DNA of 34,034 nucleotides, filler included, from Cercozoa sp. M6MM (GCA_040357565.1; 7 parts of 7 records of this genome joined end to end with filler, not necessarily neighbours in it), one strand, 5' to 3'; positions 1 to 12,445 are shown, counted from the whole stretch's first letter. Notes: generated by a model from the sequence alone, not told the origin. Numbers and translations: made by a program.

Positions 1-181
1 CTCCTGGATTGGGCAGAGCAACGACGTGCTGGTGAAGCTCGGCTTTCAGGACTGGCGCGACACGCGCATGCGCGATCTGAGCGAACGCTATCTGCGTCGA
101 AATCAGGACATGGCTCGCGTACCCTCCTTGTCCTTGTCTATGTGTATACATATCTGTGTGTCTATATGTACACATATTATG

Positions 182-238
<57 letters not shown>

Positions 239-334
239 CACGTGTGAGTGTGTGTGTGTGTCGGACAGAAACGTCGCGTCGAGGCGCAGCGCCACGCGGC
301 CGAGGAGCACATCAGCAAGTCGCTGCGTCAGTAA
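1..334 (+). CDS. 3' end of hypothetical protein (5'-partial; exons <1-118 and 269-334)
   Basis: Open frame SWIGQSNDVLVKLGFQDWRDTRMRDLSERYLRRNQDMAR, donor GTACCC, intron with (TA)n and (TG)n, acceptor GACAG, then KRRVEAQRHAAEEHISKSLRQ-TAA. The end could instead be another donor (CA|GTAAGC). Confidence 0.5.
188..236. repeat. (TA)n microsatellite in intron
   Basis: Direct sequence. Confidence 0.95.
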
Positions 335-630
335 GCGACGCCAGATGTATCTATCTGTCTCCTCGTGTACCGTATAAATTATTTATCTCGATATAGCCCA
401 CCTGCCCTGCTGTCGTGCCCCTCGCGCGCGAATTTAGAGCACACACGACAGTTCAATGTTACTGCAGTTCTCTCAGATACATGAGGGACCTATTTCTGTG
501 TATTTGATCGCTTTGCGCTCGCGTTCAGTTAAACTACCGTAAACAAATTATTTTAGTCCCATCGCTCCGCAACCAGCCCCCAGCGCTGCTGACACTCAGA
601 TGAGGCCCGAGATCGGGAAGCATCTGATTA

Positions 631-1066
631 ATGTTTAACGCGATCAACTCATCACGGTAAGTACTCCGATGCATTCAAAATTATCGAACGATTTCTTTGT
701 TTGCATATCATTGCCTATTTCGTTGTTGCAGTGGCAAGGTTGTTTGCAAATCATTGTCACCTCTTTCGTGTGTTTTCAGTGGCAAGGTTGGTGAAAGTGA
801 CAAAACCTAAGGATCCCAAAGAAAAAGGTAGGCTTGGCTTACACTTAAACTTACAATTCTCCGGTGTCGCAGGTAACTCTTATTTGAACCGCCAGGTCTG
901 TCCTTTCGGCGGGTCCTCGAGTCGCTTGGACTCGAGAAAAACACCGCACAGGATGTGGCAATTGTGGTTGAGACCGCTGTTGTCTTAGCGGTTATGGTGC
1001 GCATGTTCAGTACGTTTTTCGCAGCTTCTTTTGGGAGAACAAGATACTTATCTTCCTATGTGTGCG

Positions 1067-1133
<67 letters not shown>

Positions 1134-1513
1134 GTGTGTGTGTGTGTGTGTTTCACAGGCTGCGTGGGTTTGGCCTCGCTTGTGCGCACTCGCGTTCTTG
1201 AGGATGGTACGTATACCCGTTTTGTATGTGGTGTTGAGAGGTTTCGGTGTTGAGTAGCTCTTAAGCCAGGGATGAGCTGGCTGATTTGAGCAAGCGCGTC
1301 GCGCGCATCGAGGCGAAGTTTGACAGCATCGAAGCGAAGTTTGACACGGGCTTTTCAGAGTTGAAATGCTTGTTTTCACAAAGAAACGAACGAGAGCAGC
1401 GCGAGTTGCGACTAAAAGCCGAGCGTCGCATCGAAACGCTAGAAACGCAGCTCGCAAAACAAAACGAGCAACAAAACGAAAACGCTGGTAGAATCGATAT
1501 CGCTCCCATGTAA
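631..1513 (+). CDS. Hypothetical protein with a hydrophobic segment and C-terminal coiled coil; 5' exon structure uncertain
   Basis: The exon from 896 gives GLSFRRVLESLGLEKNTAQDVAIVVETAVVLAVM. The last exon gives DELADLSKRVARIEAKFDSIEAKFD...RIDIAPM-TAA with a heptad pattern. An intron carries (TG)n at 1059-1150. Confidence 0.45.
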
Positions 1514-2084
1514 CCGCACCCAGTCGAGTTACCTACGTGTATCTGTTACTGTACTGTGGCTCAATGGCCCAATCAGTCATGGAAAGAAGAGACTAATAAA
1601 ATCGTTCAGTTTGATAATTCGATCACTCGTTGATGCCGGGGCCAACGAGAAATTCGATCACCTTTGCAGAGAAAACTCCGCCTGCGAACACAGACGAAGC
1701 GAACGGAATGGAGCCAGCTAATGAGTCAGCTGACTAGGCTGGAGCCTGACGGAGCTTTCTGCTTCCTTGGATCTACAACAGCAGTCACAGAGTGAGTAGT
1801 GACGTCGACCTACCGCACCTTCATAAACTTCTCTCAATCCTTCTTCCTGATTGAGGTACTGGTGCTTGAGTCTAAAGCGCGGCAGGGCTGGCCAAAAGGG
1901 AGGCGTTAAAGGCACAAGCTCTATTTTTCTGACTGTGGCACTTTCCATTAGCTCTAACGAGCTTAAAACTTAGTTTTTTATGGATCAGGCAAGAGAGCGC
2001 GCTCGAGGTATACTTCCAGATGGCCCACTGACGGTCGTCATACCCATGACAGATCGGAAAAGAGGGTGTGTGCAGGTGCACCAC

Positions 2085-3209
2085 TTAGAGGTACAGACCC
2101 TCGGGAACGTCGCCCTTCTTGCGGTACAGCGCCACCTCCTTGGCCTTCCGGAAGTCCGCCTGTCACGCCAATTAAATTAGGGGAACCCAGGGCGAAGGGG
2201 GAAGGACTGTACCTGCGTGACATGCAAGCGTCTTTCACGCAGCGCGAGCAGACCAGCCTCAGTGCAGATGGCCTGTGTTGCACAGAAGTAGCAAGATACC
2301 TGCACACAGAACGACTTGAGTGCAGAAGTTACCTTGATGTCGGCGCCAGACAGGTCGTCCTTGGCCATGACGAACTCTTCAATGTCGACATCACTTGACT
2401 AATCATCGAGGTGGGGGGGGGGTCAAAAGACACAAAAATGAAGAGATTGCACTGCACCTTAGCCATTTTCTTGGTGTGAATCGTGAAAATACGCCGCTTT
2501 GTCTTTGTATCAGGCAGCGGGAATTCGATCTTGCGATCAATGCGGCCAGGACGCAGCAGCGCTGGGTCCAGCGTCTCGATTCGGTTCGTCGCCATGATCA
2601 CCTTGACTTCACCCTAGGAGGAGAGGGTCCAAAGCTGCCTGCAGACAATTCACGCTGTGAAGGAGGAAGCTACCATGGAGTCGAAGCCATCGAGCTGGTT
2701 GAGCAGCTCGAGCATCGTACGCTGGATCTCGCGCTGACCGCCCGAGTTGCTGTCGTAGCGCTTGGTACCAACGGCGTCGATCTCGTCGATAAAGATAATC
2801 GAGGGCGCCATCTGAGTGACAAAGAAGACATCTCGAGATATTGCAATCAGAACACAAAAGACACTCACCTCTTGTGCCGTCGTGAACAGTTGCCGCACGA
2901 GTTTGGGACCCTCGCCGAGGTACTTTTGGATGAGCTCGGAACCTACCACACGGAGGAAGGACGCGCTCGTCTCGCTTGCGACAGCACGTGCCAGCAATGT
3001 CTACGGAAGCACTCCACCCGTGTCAAAAGCTATGTGGAGGAAGGCAGAGAGGAAGCAAGGAAGGGTGGCACCTTGCCCGTGCCAGGCGGTCCGTAGAAGA
3101 TGACACCCTTAGGTGGCTTGATGCCCATGTCATCGTACATTTCGGGATGCGAAAGTGGCAGCTCTACAGCCTCCTTGACCTCCTGGATCTGATCGGCCAG
3201 GCCACTGAG

Positions 3210-3261
<52 letters not shown>

Positions 3262-4330
3262 TAAAATACACAAGGTATATGCCAGATATATATATATATA
3301 TATCTATGTATATATATATATATATATGTATAATATATATATATATATATACATGTGTGTGTGGATACGTATATGCAATATGAGGTATACACAGTACAGA
3401 AAAAACCCGAGTCGAGTACCCCACATCGGCGTAGGTTTCAAGTGGCGCCTTGTCAACTTTCATGACATCGACGCGCGAGTCGTTGTCTTCTGGCAGCAGT
3501 CCGACCACCTGGTGGCCGCGACTCTTTAGCAGCACCTGTCGAAAAGGACACACAGGAATGACTTGACAAGAAAAGGCATCGCGAATGGGATGGGCATTTG
3601 AGGAAGCCTTACAGTGCAGCCAGGTTCGATTTGGTCTCGATCGACAAAACTGAGGATGCCGACGTACATTTTCGGGCCACCTGGACACACATATGACACC
3701 ATCCGCACAAAATGCAGAAAAGCAGAGCACAAAGACATGCGATGGTGTGGCATACCAGGTGATGAAACGATGCCGTGATTATCGTCGATCAGTTCTTCGA
3801 GTGTACCGACCTCCATGTGACTGCCGCGCATCTTTTCAATGATCGCCATGTCCGCCTGGTTGCGCTCGTGAGCCGGCTTGATGTTCTGTTCGCCCGAAAA
3901 GTATCAAACGCAAAAGGCACAGCATACTGTCCCTGACGTGATGGACACAAGTACCTCTTGGTTGGTCACAAACTCACGCTCCATCAGCAGGTAGTCTTGG
4001 ATACGCTGCAGTCGCAGCTGCCGCAGCTTGCACTTCGTGAGCGGCGCCACCGTCGGCAGCTTCTTGTGCACTGGCTTGATCGCCTTTCTGCACACAACAC
4101 AACACCCAGACATGAACAGAACAACAAAACGAAAACACGATGGTTGCGGGGTCACCGTGGCTTGCGTCCGATACGTGTCGGTTGCGGCGGTTGCCACTTC
4201 TTCTTCTTTTTGTCATCTTGGCCCTTTTTCTGCACATATCGCAACGGTCAACAGAGCAACGAAATCAGGAGTGGGAACGGCCTACCTGGCCGGGCAGATT
4301 CAGGCCCGGAATGGACGGACCTTGACCCAT
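2085..4330 (-). CDS. PSMC1: 26S proteasome regulatory AAA-ATPase subunit 4 (Rpt2); complete, 13 exons
   Basis: Spliced protein MGQGPSIPG...PTRIGRK...[19 protein letters not shown]...[16 protein letters not shown]...[13 protein letters not shown]; Walker A GPPGTGKT; [16 protein letters not shown]; Walker [16 protein letters not shown]; [24 protein letters not shown]; C-terminus PEGLYL-TAA is typical of Rpt2. All introns are GT-AG. Confidence 0.97.
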
Positions 4331-4659
4331 GGCACTTCTTTATTCTGCGATTAGAACGAAAATTAAGACTTGCACCTTTCAAACACAGCCAAAGGCGCTC
4401 GCAGGCTCAAATATTTCCAAAAACGGGCAGAGAACAGTTCTTGCAAAAGTGCCCACGATGATTTTGCAAGCACGGCACTCTAACACACCTGGTTAGACTC
4501 TTTAAAATGATTCGTGCCACAGACGCCACGCACTGCCTCTCGATACGGACGAGAGAATGCCGTGTAGCCAGCACTTGTACAAATGAACGATTACTTTAAA
4601 CAATTCTGGGACGAACGCAGTCACGCGGTGTGGTTGATCAGATTTAGTTCTAATTTGAC

Positions 4660-5452
4660 ATGCCAAAACCAAGCAAAAACGGCGAAAAACGGCGAAAGCC
4701 GAGCGATAGTCAGGAGAGGGAGGAGCCGGTCGCGAAGCGGTTTGTTTTTGTCCACCCACCCTCCCCCACCCCCGTCCTTGTCGCACGTACCGTTTGTGTA
4801 GGAAAAAGTCAGCAGCTAAACAAAAAAAGAAGGAGAAGGAGCCGGAGGCGACACCGGCCGTAGGGTTGCCTTGTGCATGCGTTGTGTCAGTTGGATTTGT
4901 TGCCTGTGCAGAGTGCTCTCACAGAGCAGGAGCTAGAAGATGAGTTTGCCGACGAGGCGCAGACCGCCGAAGAAGTGATGGCGCAGCTGCGCGCGCGCAA
5001 GGCACGAAAGGACAAGACGGACGGCAAGAAAAAGAGTGCCAAATCAAAGGTGTCTCTCTCGCCTGTGCTTCTAAAAGCAGACCCGAGCAAGTTTGGCATG
5101 TGCATTTTCTGACTGCAGAAGGGAGACGACTTTATGACGGCGTTGTTTGCCGGCAGGAAGAAGAAGAGTAAGAAGCACTCTGAGCAGAGCAAGTCCGACG
5201 AGACTGAGGCAACTGCGCTGCCTCCTGTCGATGACGGTACCTACGCACACACATAAGTCCACTTTGGTGTGCCTTAGTTGGTCGCTCAGTTTGTCTATGC
5301 TTTGTTGCTTTGCAACAGACTTCCTTGTGCGTGACAAGAAGGGCCGCACCTACACCAACGACGGCCTGCCTGTCTACACCACCACCGAGCTCAAGATCGG
5401 CCAAGGCGGCGATACACCGCTCTGTCCTTTCGACTGCGAGTGCTGTTATTAA
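4660..5452 (+). CDS. Lys-rich protein with DUF1764-type C-terminus; 5 exons
   Basis: Spliced ORF ends RTYTNDGLPVYTTTELKIGQGGDTPLCPFDCECCY-TAA, the DUF1764 signature (DGL..Y...EL.IG..GGDT.LCPFDC.CC[FY]). Confidence 0.85.
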
Positions 5453-5478
5453 CTTTTACTCTCTAACGAAAGTCAACG

Positions 5479-5751
5479 TCAGTTTATTATGCAGAACGGT
5501 TTTGCACGGCCAGTCACAGCCCCAATAACAAAACACTTGAAGTCCTCTTTGAGGCTAAAGCAGACGTTTGGAGTGCAGTTTGCGGTGTTAGCACACGCAT
5601 GAACTCATTTTTAGCAAGTTACGAACCCACACTTTGGGAGCGCGAGGAATGTCTCGTGTGCCATGTACGAAGACAGGTAAAATCGCGTTGTGTTGGTGTT
5701 TGCGGCGAGGTGAACGTGGGTTTGGTGCAGGACCGTCCGAACATACAGTTT
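5479..5751 (-). CDS. 3' end of hypothetical protein (5'-partial at contig end)
   Basis: Two exons joined GT-AG give KLYVRTVLHQTHVHLAANTNTTRFYLSSYMAHETFLALPNLKEDFKCFVIGAVTGRAKPFCIIN-TGA. No motif recognised. Confidence 0.35.
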
Positions 5752-5780
5752 CTGTTCACAACGTGTTGTGGTACCTTGCC

Positions 5781-5826
<46 letters not shown>

Positions 5827-5926
5827 NNNNNNNNNNNNNNNNNNNNNNNNNNNNNNNNNNNNNNNNNNNNTTAATTAATTAANNNNNNNNNNNNNNNNNN
5901 NNNNNNNNNNNNNNNNNNNNNNNNNN
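5827..5926. other. Artificial contig spacer (44N + TTAATTAATTAA + 44N)
   Basis: Six-frame stop linker; identical at all six junctions. Confidence 0.98.
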
Positions 5927-5967
5927 GCACAGGCAGCAAGTCCAACGTGTCAAAGTGTCATGTGTAC

Positions 5968-7316
5968 CAGACGGTGCAACGGCGATCCGCCCGTCGACGG
6001 TCCCTCTGGCGCCTCGGACCCTGCAGTACCAAATGATCCAAGGTATGTGTACGTGTGTGTGTGTGTGTGTGTGCGTGTGTGTGTGTGTACACAAATGCCG
6101 CAGTCGCTGCAGTCGGGCCGGGAGGCGCAAGTACAACTCGCTTCGACTGGCCGGCAGCACCGTAGATAATACCTGCATCGATCCGCCAGTCCAATTCAAA
6201 CACACACAGACACAGACACAGACACAGACAGACACAGACACAGACAGACACAGACAGACACAGACACAGACACAGACACACACACACACACAAGGCACAA
6301 GATGCACAATGTACTGTGGTCTCATCAAAGAAGTACTTGGCGAGTTTCGCTTCATCTTCTTCGGACTCTTGCTCCGTCTACATGAACAACAGGGTTGCAC
6401 AAACTGGCTACTGTCATTGGGAGAACAAGGCTACCCCAATAAACTGCTCGAGAGCACGGCGCTCGAGCCTCAGCAAAACACGGCTCCAGCGACCGCCGGC
6501 GGCCTTGTCGGCTACCTGTGTGCAGCACTCACAGAAAGAGGCACAGCGACACAGTCGGTTCAGTGTACCACGAGTGCCAGTCGGTGATCGCGCAGCATGA
6601 AACCTGGGTAACCCTCCAATAACATACAACCAACCGACCAACCAACCAACCAACCAACCAACCAACCACACAAACACAGACACAGACACAGACACAGACC
6701 AGACACAAGGAACACTGAGTCTGGCGTTACGTTCTTGGTCATCCTCCAAGCGGAGTCCCTGCCAGCACAACGCACGCATACACACATACACATGCAGTGT
6801 CATATTAAGTTTAGCATGACTACCATATTCAAGCCGGCAGGGTCGACGTCCAGATCCTCTTTCATCTCGTGGTCCAACTGGAACGAGCAAACACAACTCC
6901 CGTCTTCACAGCAGCAAGAAGACCTTGTGTGTGAATGAGTACATCGTGGGCGACACCGAGAGGCGGAATGAGGTGTGGAATTTTCTAAAACACACACGTG
7001 ACAAATCCAAGAGACAAAGAGGAAAAGTACCTCGCGTAGCTTGCGAAGATGGTCGAGGTAGTCCTCGTCATCTTCGGCCTCATCGAGTTCCTCTGTGTCA
7101 ATATACTTACATGGACACAGGGACAGACGATACAAGAAATCAGAGGGAAACACTACCCTCGGTGAGACGGTGCTGTGTGTCGTCAAAATTGTCGAAATCT
7201 TCCTCGTCGTCCGAGTCAAAGTCGGCGCTGTAGTCCTCGTCGTAGCGACTGTAATCCTCGTCCTCCTCGCCATCGCGTTCTTCGCTGACGTATCGACTCT
7301 GCGCCACCTCCGTCAC
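5968..7316 (-). CDS. Internal exons of an acidic hypothetical protein (partial at both ends)
   Basis: A chain of about 10 exons splices in frame: VTEVAQSRYVSEERDGEEDEDYSRYDEDYSADFDSDDEEDF...EELDEAEDDEDYLDHLRKLRE...TEQESEEDEAKLAKYFFDETT... Confidence 0.65.
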
Positions 7317-7381
7317 CTGTGTGTATGTGTATGTGTGTATGTGTGTGTGTGTGCGTGTGTGTGTGCGTGCGTGTGTGTGTG

Positions 7382-7441
<60 letters not shown>

Positions 7442-7457
7442 TGTGTGNNNNNNNNNN

Positions 7458-7502
<45 letters not shown>

Positions 7503-7507
7503 GATAG

Positions 7508-7874
7508 TGCAATGCCGAACTGGACACCACTGCGTCGTTCTTGCGCGTGCTGAAACTGCCTAACGGTAGATATATTACTGTGTGAATGGTTTTCTTGCGC
7601 TGATTCTCCATGTCGATTGGGAGGGCTATAGTGGCGAGTGCGATGCGCAAGGAACTCGGTGCAGCTTCGTTTGAACGCGTTCTGCGCAGCTGCACTGGCA
7701 AGTGCGAAACGTACATTTTCTGCGCCTTTTCGCTGTGTCCACATGTAAACTTACTGTACATTTGTACGAGCACAGAAAGTGGGTGCCCAAGACACTGGAG
7801 CCTGAGGTTCCGGCTCAAGTATCACTCGATGTGAACTACGGCGTTCGTCTCTTCTGTGTTGCCGACTTTATCAC

Positions 7875-7929
<55 letters not shown>

Positions 7930-10538
7930 GCACGCACGCACGCACGCACACAACACCTCATAAATCTCAACCATGCTCTCTAGTTGGTGCAAGCCATGTC
8001 GGTGGAGGTGGCGACACGAGTCTCTAATTTTGAGCGTGTACCCTCTGCACCTGCCCACTAGCCGTATGATTCTGTTCATTACCAAGTTGTGTGTTCACTC
8101 AGGTCAACGTCAAGGCAGTTTCTATGACACTGCTGACTCGTCGGTCAGATGCACCGGTGGAACCGAGCAAACCTCTGGGTCACGGCTGGTGCGACAAGTG
8201 GCACGACACTCTCCCAGTGACACCATCCTGCATGCTGCCCACAGTGTTTGCACGTGTCGTTACCGACAGGGTAGCTGTCCTTCTTCTCTTCCCGTGTTTG
8301 CTTGCAGTGCTTATGTCTGTTAGAACGATGTGCGAACCTTGCTGCGTCACCTGTCGGCTTGGCCGGTGCTGCATCGACTGGTCGAACTGGCCCGCAAGTT
8401 GCTGGGCAGGTAGCGGCTTGTCCTTGTCCTCGATAGTTGGCTTCCAGGAACATGCATGTATAAATGTTTGCACACAGCAAGGATGTACGCGATGTGCGAG
8501 GTGTCGGAATCGGTGTTAAACTGGTACTTTTTTGTCGTCTTGTGTTTCCACCCACTGGTTGTGTTAGTGCATTGCTCGTACAGGAGAAGGAGTTCTGGAA
8601 ACACAACACAAAGGGTCCGCAGGAACGACAGGTTTGTTCTTTATCTCTTTTTCTTCTATGTGGCCTTGAGGTGCAAAAAGTACGAGACATATGAGACAGG
8701 TGACACTCGGTCGCTACCTGCAAGTCAGGACTGACACTGCTGTCACGTCTGATGCTGACGTTGCCAATACAAACGCTGCCGACGCCGATGTCAGTCCCGT
8801 TTCTGTCGAACCAGTGCGAGGTATCATCGTCAACAACACGCCCGAGTACCGTCGCAAGGTGCTGGTCGACAGTACCACACAACTCGGCAAAAGAACCGAC
8901 TGTACCGTTGATGTGACGGTGGACACACTCACTCCTTCACGCGTCTCGCAGAGGTATTTTTGTGTCTTTCTCTGCCTGTGTATCTAATCTCGACCCTCTC
9001 GCCCCTCTAGCGTGTTCTCGGAATTGCCGGCTGCCATGAAACGCCAGTATGCGAGGCTTTACATATCTTGATTGGTAGTACTCTGTGTATCGGACGTAGA
9101 CTGCTGCTACGCATGCAGCGCAATGCTCGGAAGAAGGAGGGTCACTTCCGGTTGACACAGCAGGCATCGCCAAACCGACGTCGGTAGTTCTCATTGCATT
9201 TGCTGTATCCGTGTGTGCATTTTGTTGATGTATTCCTAGAGCACTGCGGCAGTTACAACGCATCGTGAAAGGCGACCCTGTGCACCTGGTACATTGTAGA
9301 TATTTTTAACGTCGCCCATCTCTCTGTGTCGCTACTGGCCATTGTGTAAACCAAAAGGACGCCGCACGCGAGGCGGAACGAGCGGCGCGTTTCAAGCGAC
9401 TCGAACCACCAGTTGTAATAATATTTATACCACGCGTTTTTTTAGAGCAATTCGAACACCATTGTAATACCTTTACTCCCTCACTCTCTCTATCTCTCTC
9501 TTCCAGAAAAGAAGATGTCTTGACTGTTCGCTTTTCGATTTGGACGGTCTTTCTGATGACAGTGTACCCTATATTTTATACCCTATCTTGTGTTTTCGTG
9601 AGCCAATGCAGGACACTGAAAGCGACGCGGAAGACGAAACCAGTCGAGAATTGCGACAGTTTGAGCGTCGACTCTTGTACCTGCCCAGTCTGTTTTGTTC
9701 TTCACGTCTCGTTACTTCCATCTTTACCTTTCAGGGAGAGCGAAGGCAAGGAGGCGTTGCCGCTGTGGCGACAGGGCCGTTTGCCAAAGTACGTGGCGCT
9801 GCCACTCTGGAACTACGCTCGCGTCGATCAGCGGATTGTGCAGCACTGCTCAAATCCGCTACTGCGCGAGTTCGTGCTACGCAACAGAAGCAGCGGAAAC
9901 AACAGCGAGAGTCACAGCACAGAGGAGCAAGTTCATGCCGACAACGATGCCATTCGACACCTCACTGGCATCGACACTGCCGCAGACGACATTGAGTCTA
10001 AGATGGCACTCTGTGTCTCCGTACTGTCGCAGCACGTGCACTATCGTGCTGTGTTTGGTGTGTTCTGGTTATGCACACAGATTGTGGTTATGTGTTCACG
10101 CGTATCTTTATGTATGGGAGTGAGTGTGCAGAAAGCGAAGGCACCAACAGTGTCCGTAAGCAGGTGCTGCTGTGGCTGCGCCATCTGTCACTGCCGCGCT
10201 TGTTGCGAATTCGATCAGTCCTCTCGTCTGAGCAGTTTCTGTACTTTGAACAATTTTAGTGCACGAGCACGTGTAAACTTCTGGTCCGTAGCACATTGTG
10301 CAGCAATAGCGCCCTGCACTGCGACGTGCTGCGACACGCGGCGCCATTGGTGCTGCAGCACGATACCGTCAGCGTCGTTGAGGCCGCTGCGCTGCTGCGC
10401 ACTCTCGCGCTGCGGCAAGGCACGCCGTACAGCAAGGTGCACCTGCCCGTGTCGCGCGCCTTGCTGACTCACGCGAGGTCCGACCGAATGCAACTCTCTT
10501 TCGTCGCACGGGTTCTGCGCGCTTTGCACAGCTTCTGA
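7508..10538 (+). CDS. REV1: REV1-like Y-family translesion protein: thumb/little-finger (PAD) region, UBM and C-terminal region (5'-partial)
   Basis: Spliced motifs match my recollection of REV1: MRKELGAASFERVLRSCTG (LQKEFG...LYRFCRG), AQVSLDVNYGVRL (KSVSAEINYGIRF), TRRSDAPVEPSKPLGHGWCD (RKPGAPVETAKFGGHGICD), DVRDVRGVGIGV (DMRGVGI), UBM-like TPSRVSQSVFSELPAAMKRQL, and CTD-like SVRKQVLLWL. About 15 exons in frame to TGA at 10536-10538. Confidence 0.85.
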
Positions 10539-10756
10539 TTTAGGCACACAGGCACACAGCTACTGATATAAGCACACGGCTACGGATTAAAGCACTGCGC
10601 ATCTACTGATTTAAGTACGTCTTTGCTATACTTTGCAGGCTGCGCTGCGAACTGACTCGGAAGGTACTAACTTCAGTTCGCCGGCGCCTATCCGTATCAT
10701 CAGTTAACGTCCGGTCCGCGATCGCGTCGCGCGCTACTAGTAATTCCGCGTTTCGT

Positions 10757-11261
10757 TTACAAGGCAGCCTTCTTGGCGGTCTCAAGGTTGGCGAAGATGA
10801 CGCCGAAGGCCTCCTGCTGGTTCTGCGGGTGGTCGGCGTCGGTGAAGTCCACGATGTGCTCCCACTGCTGCGCGATCTGCTCGGGCTCGAACGGCTTGGA
10901 CAGGTCGAAGCAGTGGCCCTTGGTGCGCTCGTAGCGCAGCTTGGCCACCCAGCCGGCGGCCACCTCAAAGATGCCGTCCGTGTCGGGACACTGCTCCGAG
11001 GACAGGAAGAGCACGAGCGGCGCCACGTACTTGGGCTTGAGGGCCGCCACCAGGTCCTCCGGCATGATAGTCTTGGTCATGGCCGAACCGGCCACCGGCG
11101 CGATGCAGTTGACCTTGATGTTGTACTTCTTACCCTCCTGTGCCAGAGAGTGCGCAAAGCCCACGAGGCCGAGCTTGGCTGTCGAGTAGTTCGTCTGGCC
11201 GCGGTTGCCATACAGGCCCTACACACACAGACACAGACACACAGACACAGACACAGACACA

Positions 11262-11333
<72 letters not shown>

Positions 11334-12056
11334 ACACACACAATACACATGCACACATGTACACATTTGCACACACGCACACGTGACAAGAAGACGGTCT
11401 ACCGAAGACGAGGCCGTCATGACGATGCGGCCGTACTTCTGCTCGCGCATGTAGGGCCAGGCAGCGCGCGTGACCTTGTAGGCACCGTAGACGTGCACGT
11501 CCTGCAAGAGCTTCCACTGCGCGTCCGTCATCTTGTGGAAGGACACGTCGCGCAGAATGCCGGCGTTGTTGATCACAATGTCGACGCGGCCAAAGTTGTC
11601 GATGCAGGTCTGCACGATCTTGTCGCCCTCGACGACGTTGTGGTAGTCGGCAACGGCCTTGCCGCCGGCCTGCTTGATCATCGCGACCGTCTCATCGGCC
11701 GCCGCACTGCGACCTAAAGCAGTTGAGTGACTTTTGGTCTTATTTGTTTTTCTGTGAGGAGAAAGCGCACCAGTCTCTCGGTTGCCGAGGTCGTTGACGA
11801 CTACCATGGCACCGCGGCGACCGAATTCCTGCAGGCAACAGAGCATTTACAGAGGTTGATTCGACTTTGTGCTTACCAGGGCATAGGCGCGACCGAGGGC
11901 ACCACCAGCACCGGTGACAATCTACAGGTGCAGCAGACGGACATCATTGCTTCGGAGATGTTGTTGCTTCGGAGATGTTGTTGCAATGCGACAGAAAAAG
12001 TGTCCACGAGCTCTACGTACCACAGCACGGCCTGCAAACGAGATTTCGGTGGACAT
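10757..12056 (-). CDS. Peroxisomal MFE2/HSD17B4-type 3-hydroxyacyl-CoA dehydrogenase (SDR), single-domain; complete, 5 exons
   Basis: [96 protein letters not shown] (YxxxK); EGKKYNIKVNCIAP; ends KKAAL-TAA. Confidence 0.92.
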
Positions 12057-12445
12057 TTTAGTTTTGTGCACGTCACAAGCTGTATAGCACTGCAAGTTAG
12101 CGACTGCAAATGCGGCTTTCATTGCCATGGGATCACTCCGAGCCGAGTCGGTACGACAAACTGCAAAACAGTTCGATTGTATCGATGAACAAGTACTGTA
12201 TCTTTTAAGATTACATCGGTTTTAGGACCAACGGGCAAAAAGTTCTACTGTGGTGCCGTATTGAGCGGCATGGCCTGGTTGTTGGTATGGCAGAATATAA
12301 AAGCTGTTTTTTTCATTAGTCAGCTTTTTTGTTTAGAAGAATTTTTGGTTAAATTCTAAAAATGAACGCGAGTCTGCTTCCGCGCTGATGTGCTGAAAAT
12401 ACAACTGAAATTAAGCATGACACAGAAAGACGCTTTAGCACGCGC

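Noticed and set aside
103-396. ORFs with [12 protein letters not shown] or HTHTHT runs (here and throughout)
   Set aside because: Translations of intronic (TA)n and (TG)n microsatellites.
2273-2332. Internal CAG|GT in an Rpt2 intron as a recursive splice site
   Set aside because: The whole intron is a normal 60 nt, and single-step removal restores the conserved ADIKAIC. Chance occurrence is likely.
5871-5882. Palindromic TTAATTAATTAA recurring six times
   Set aside because: Artificial six-frame-stop linker inside N spacers. Gene neighbourhoods across it are not real synteny.
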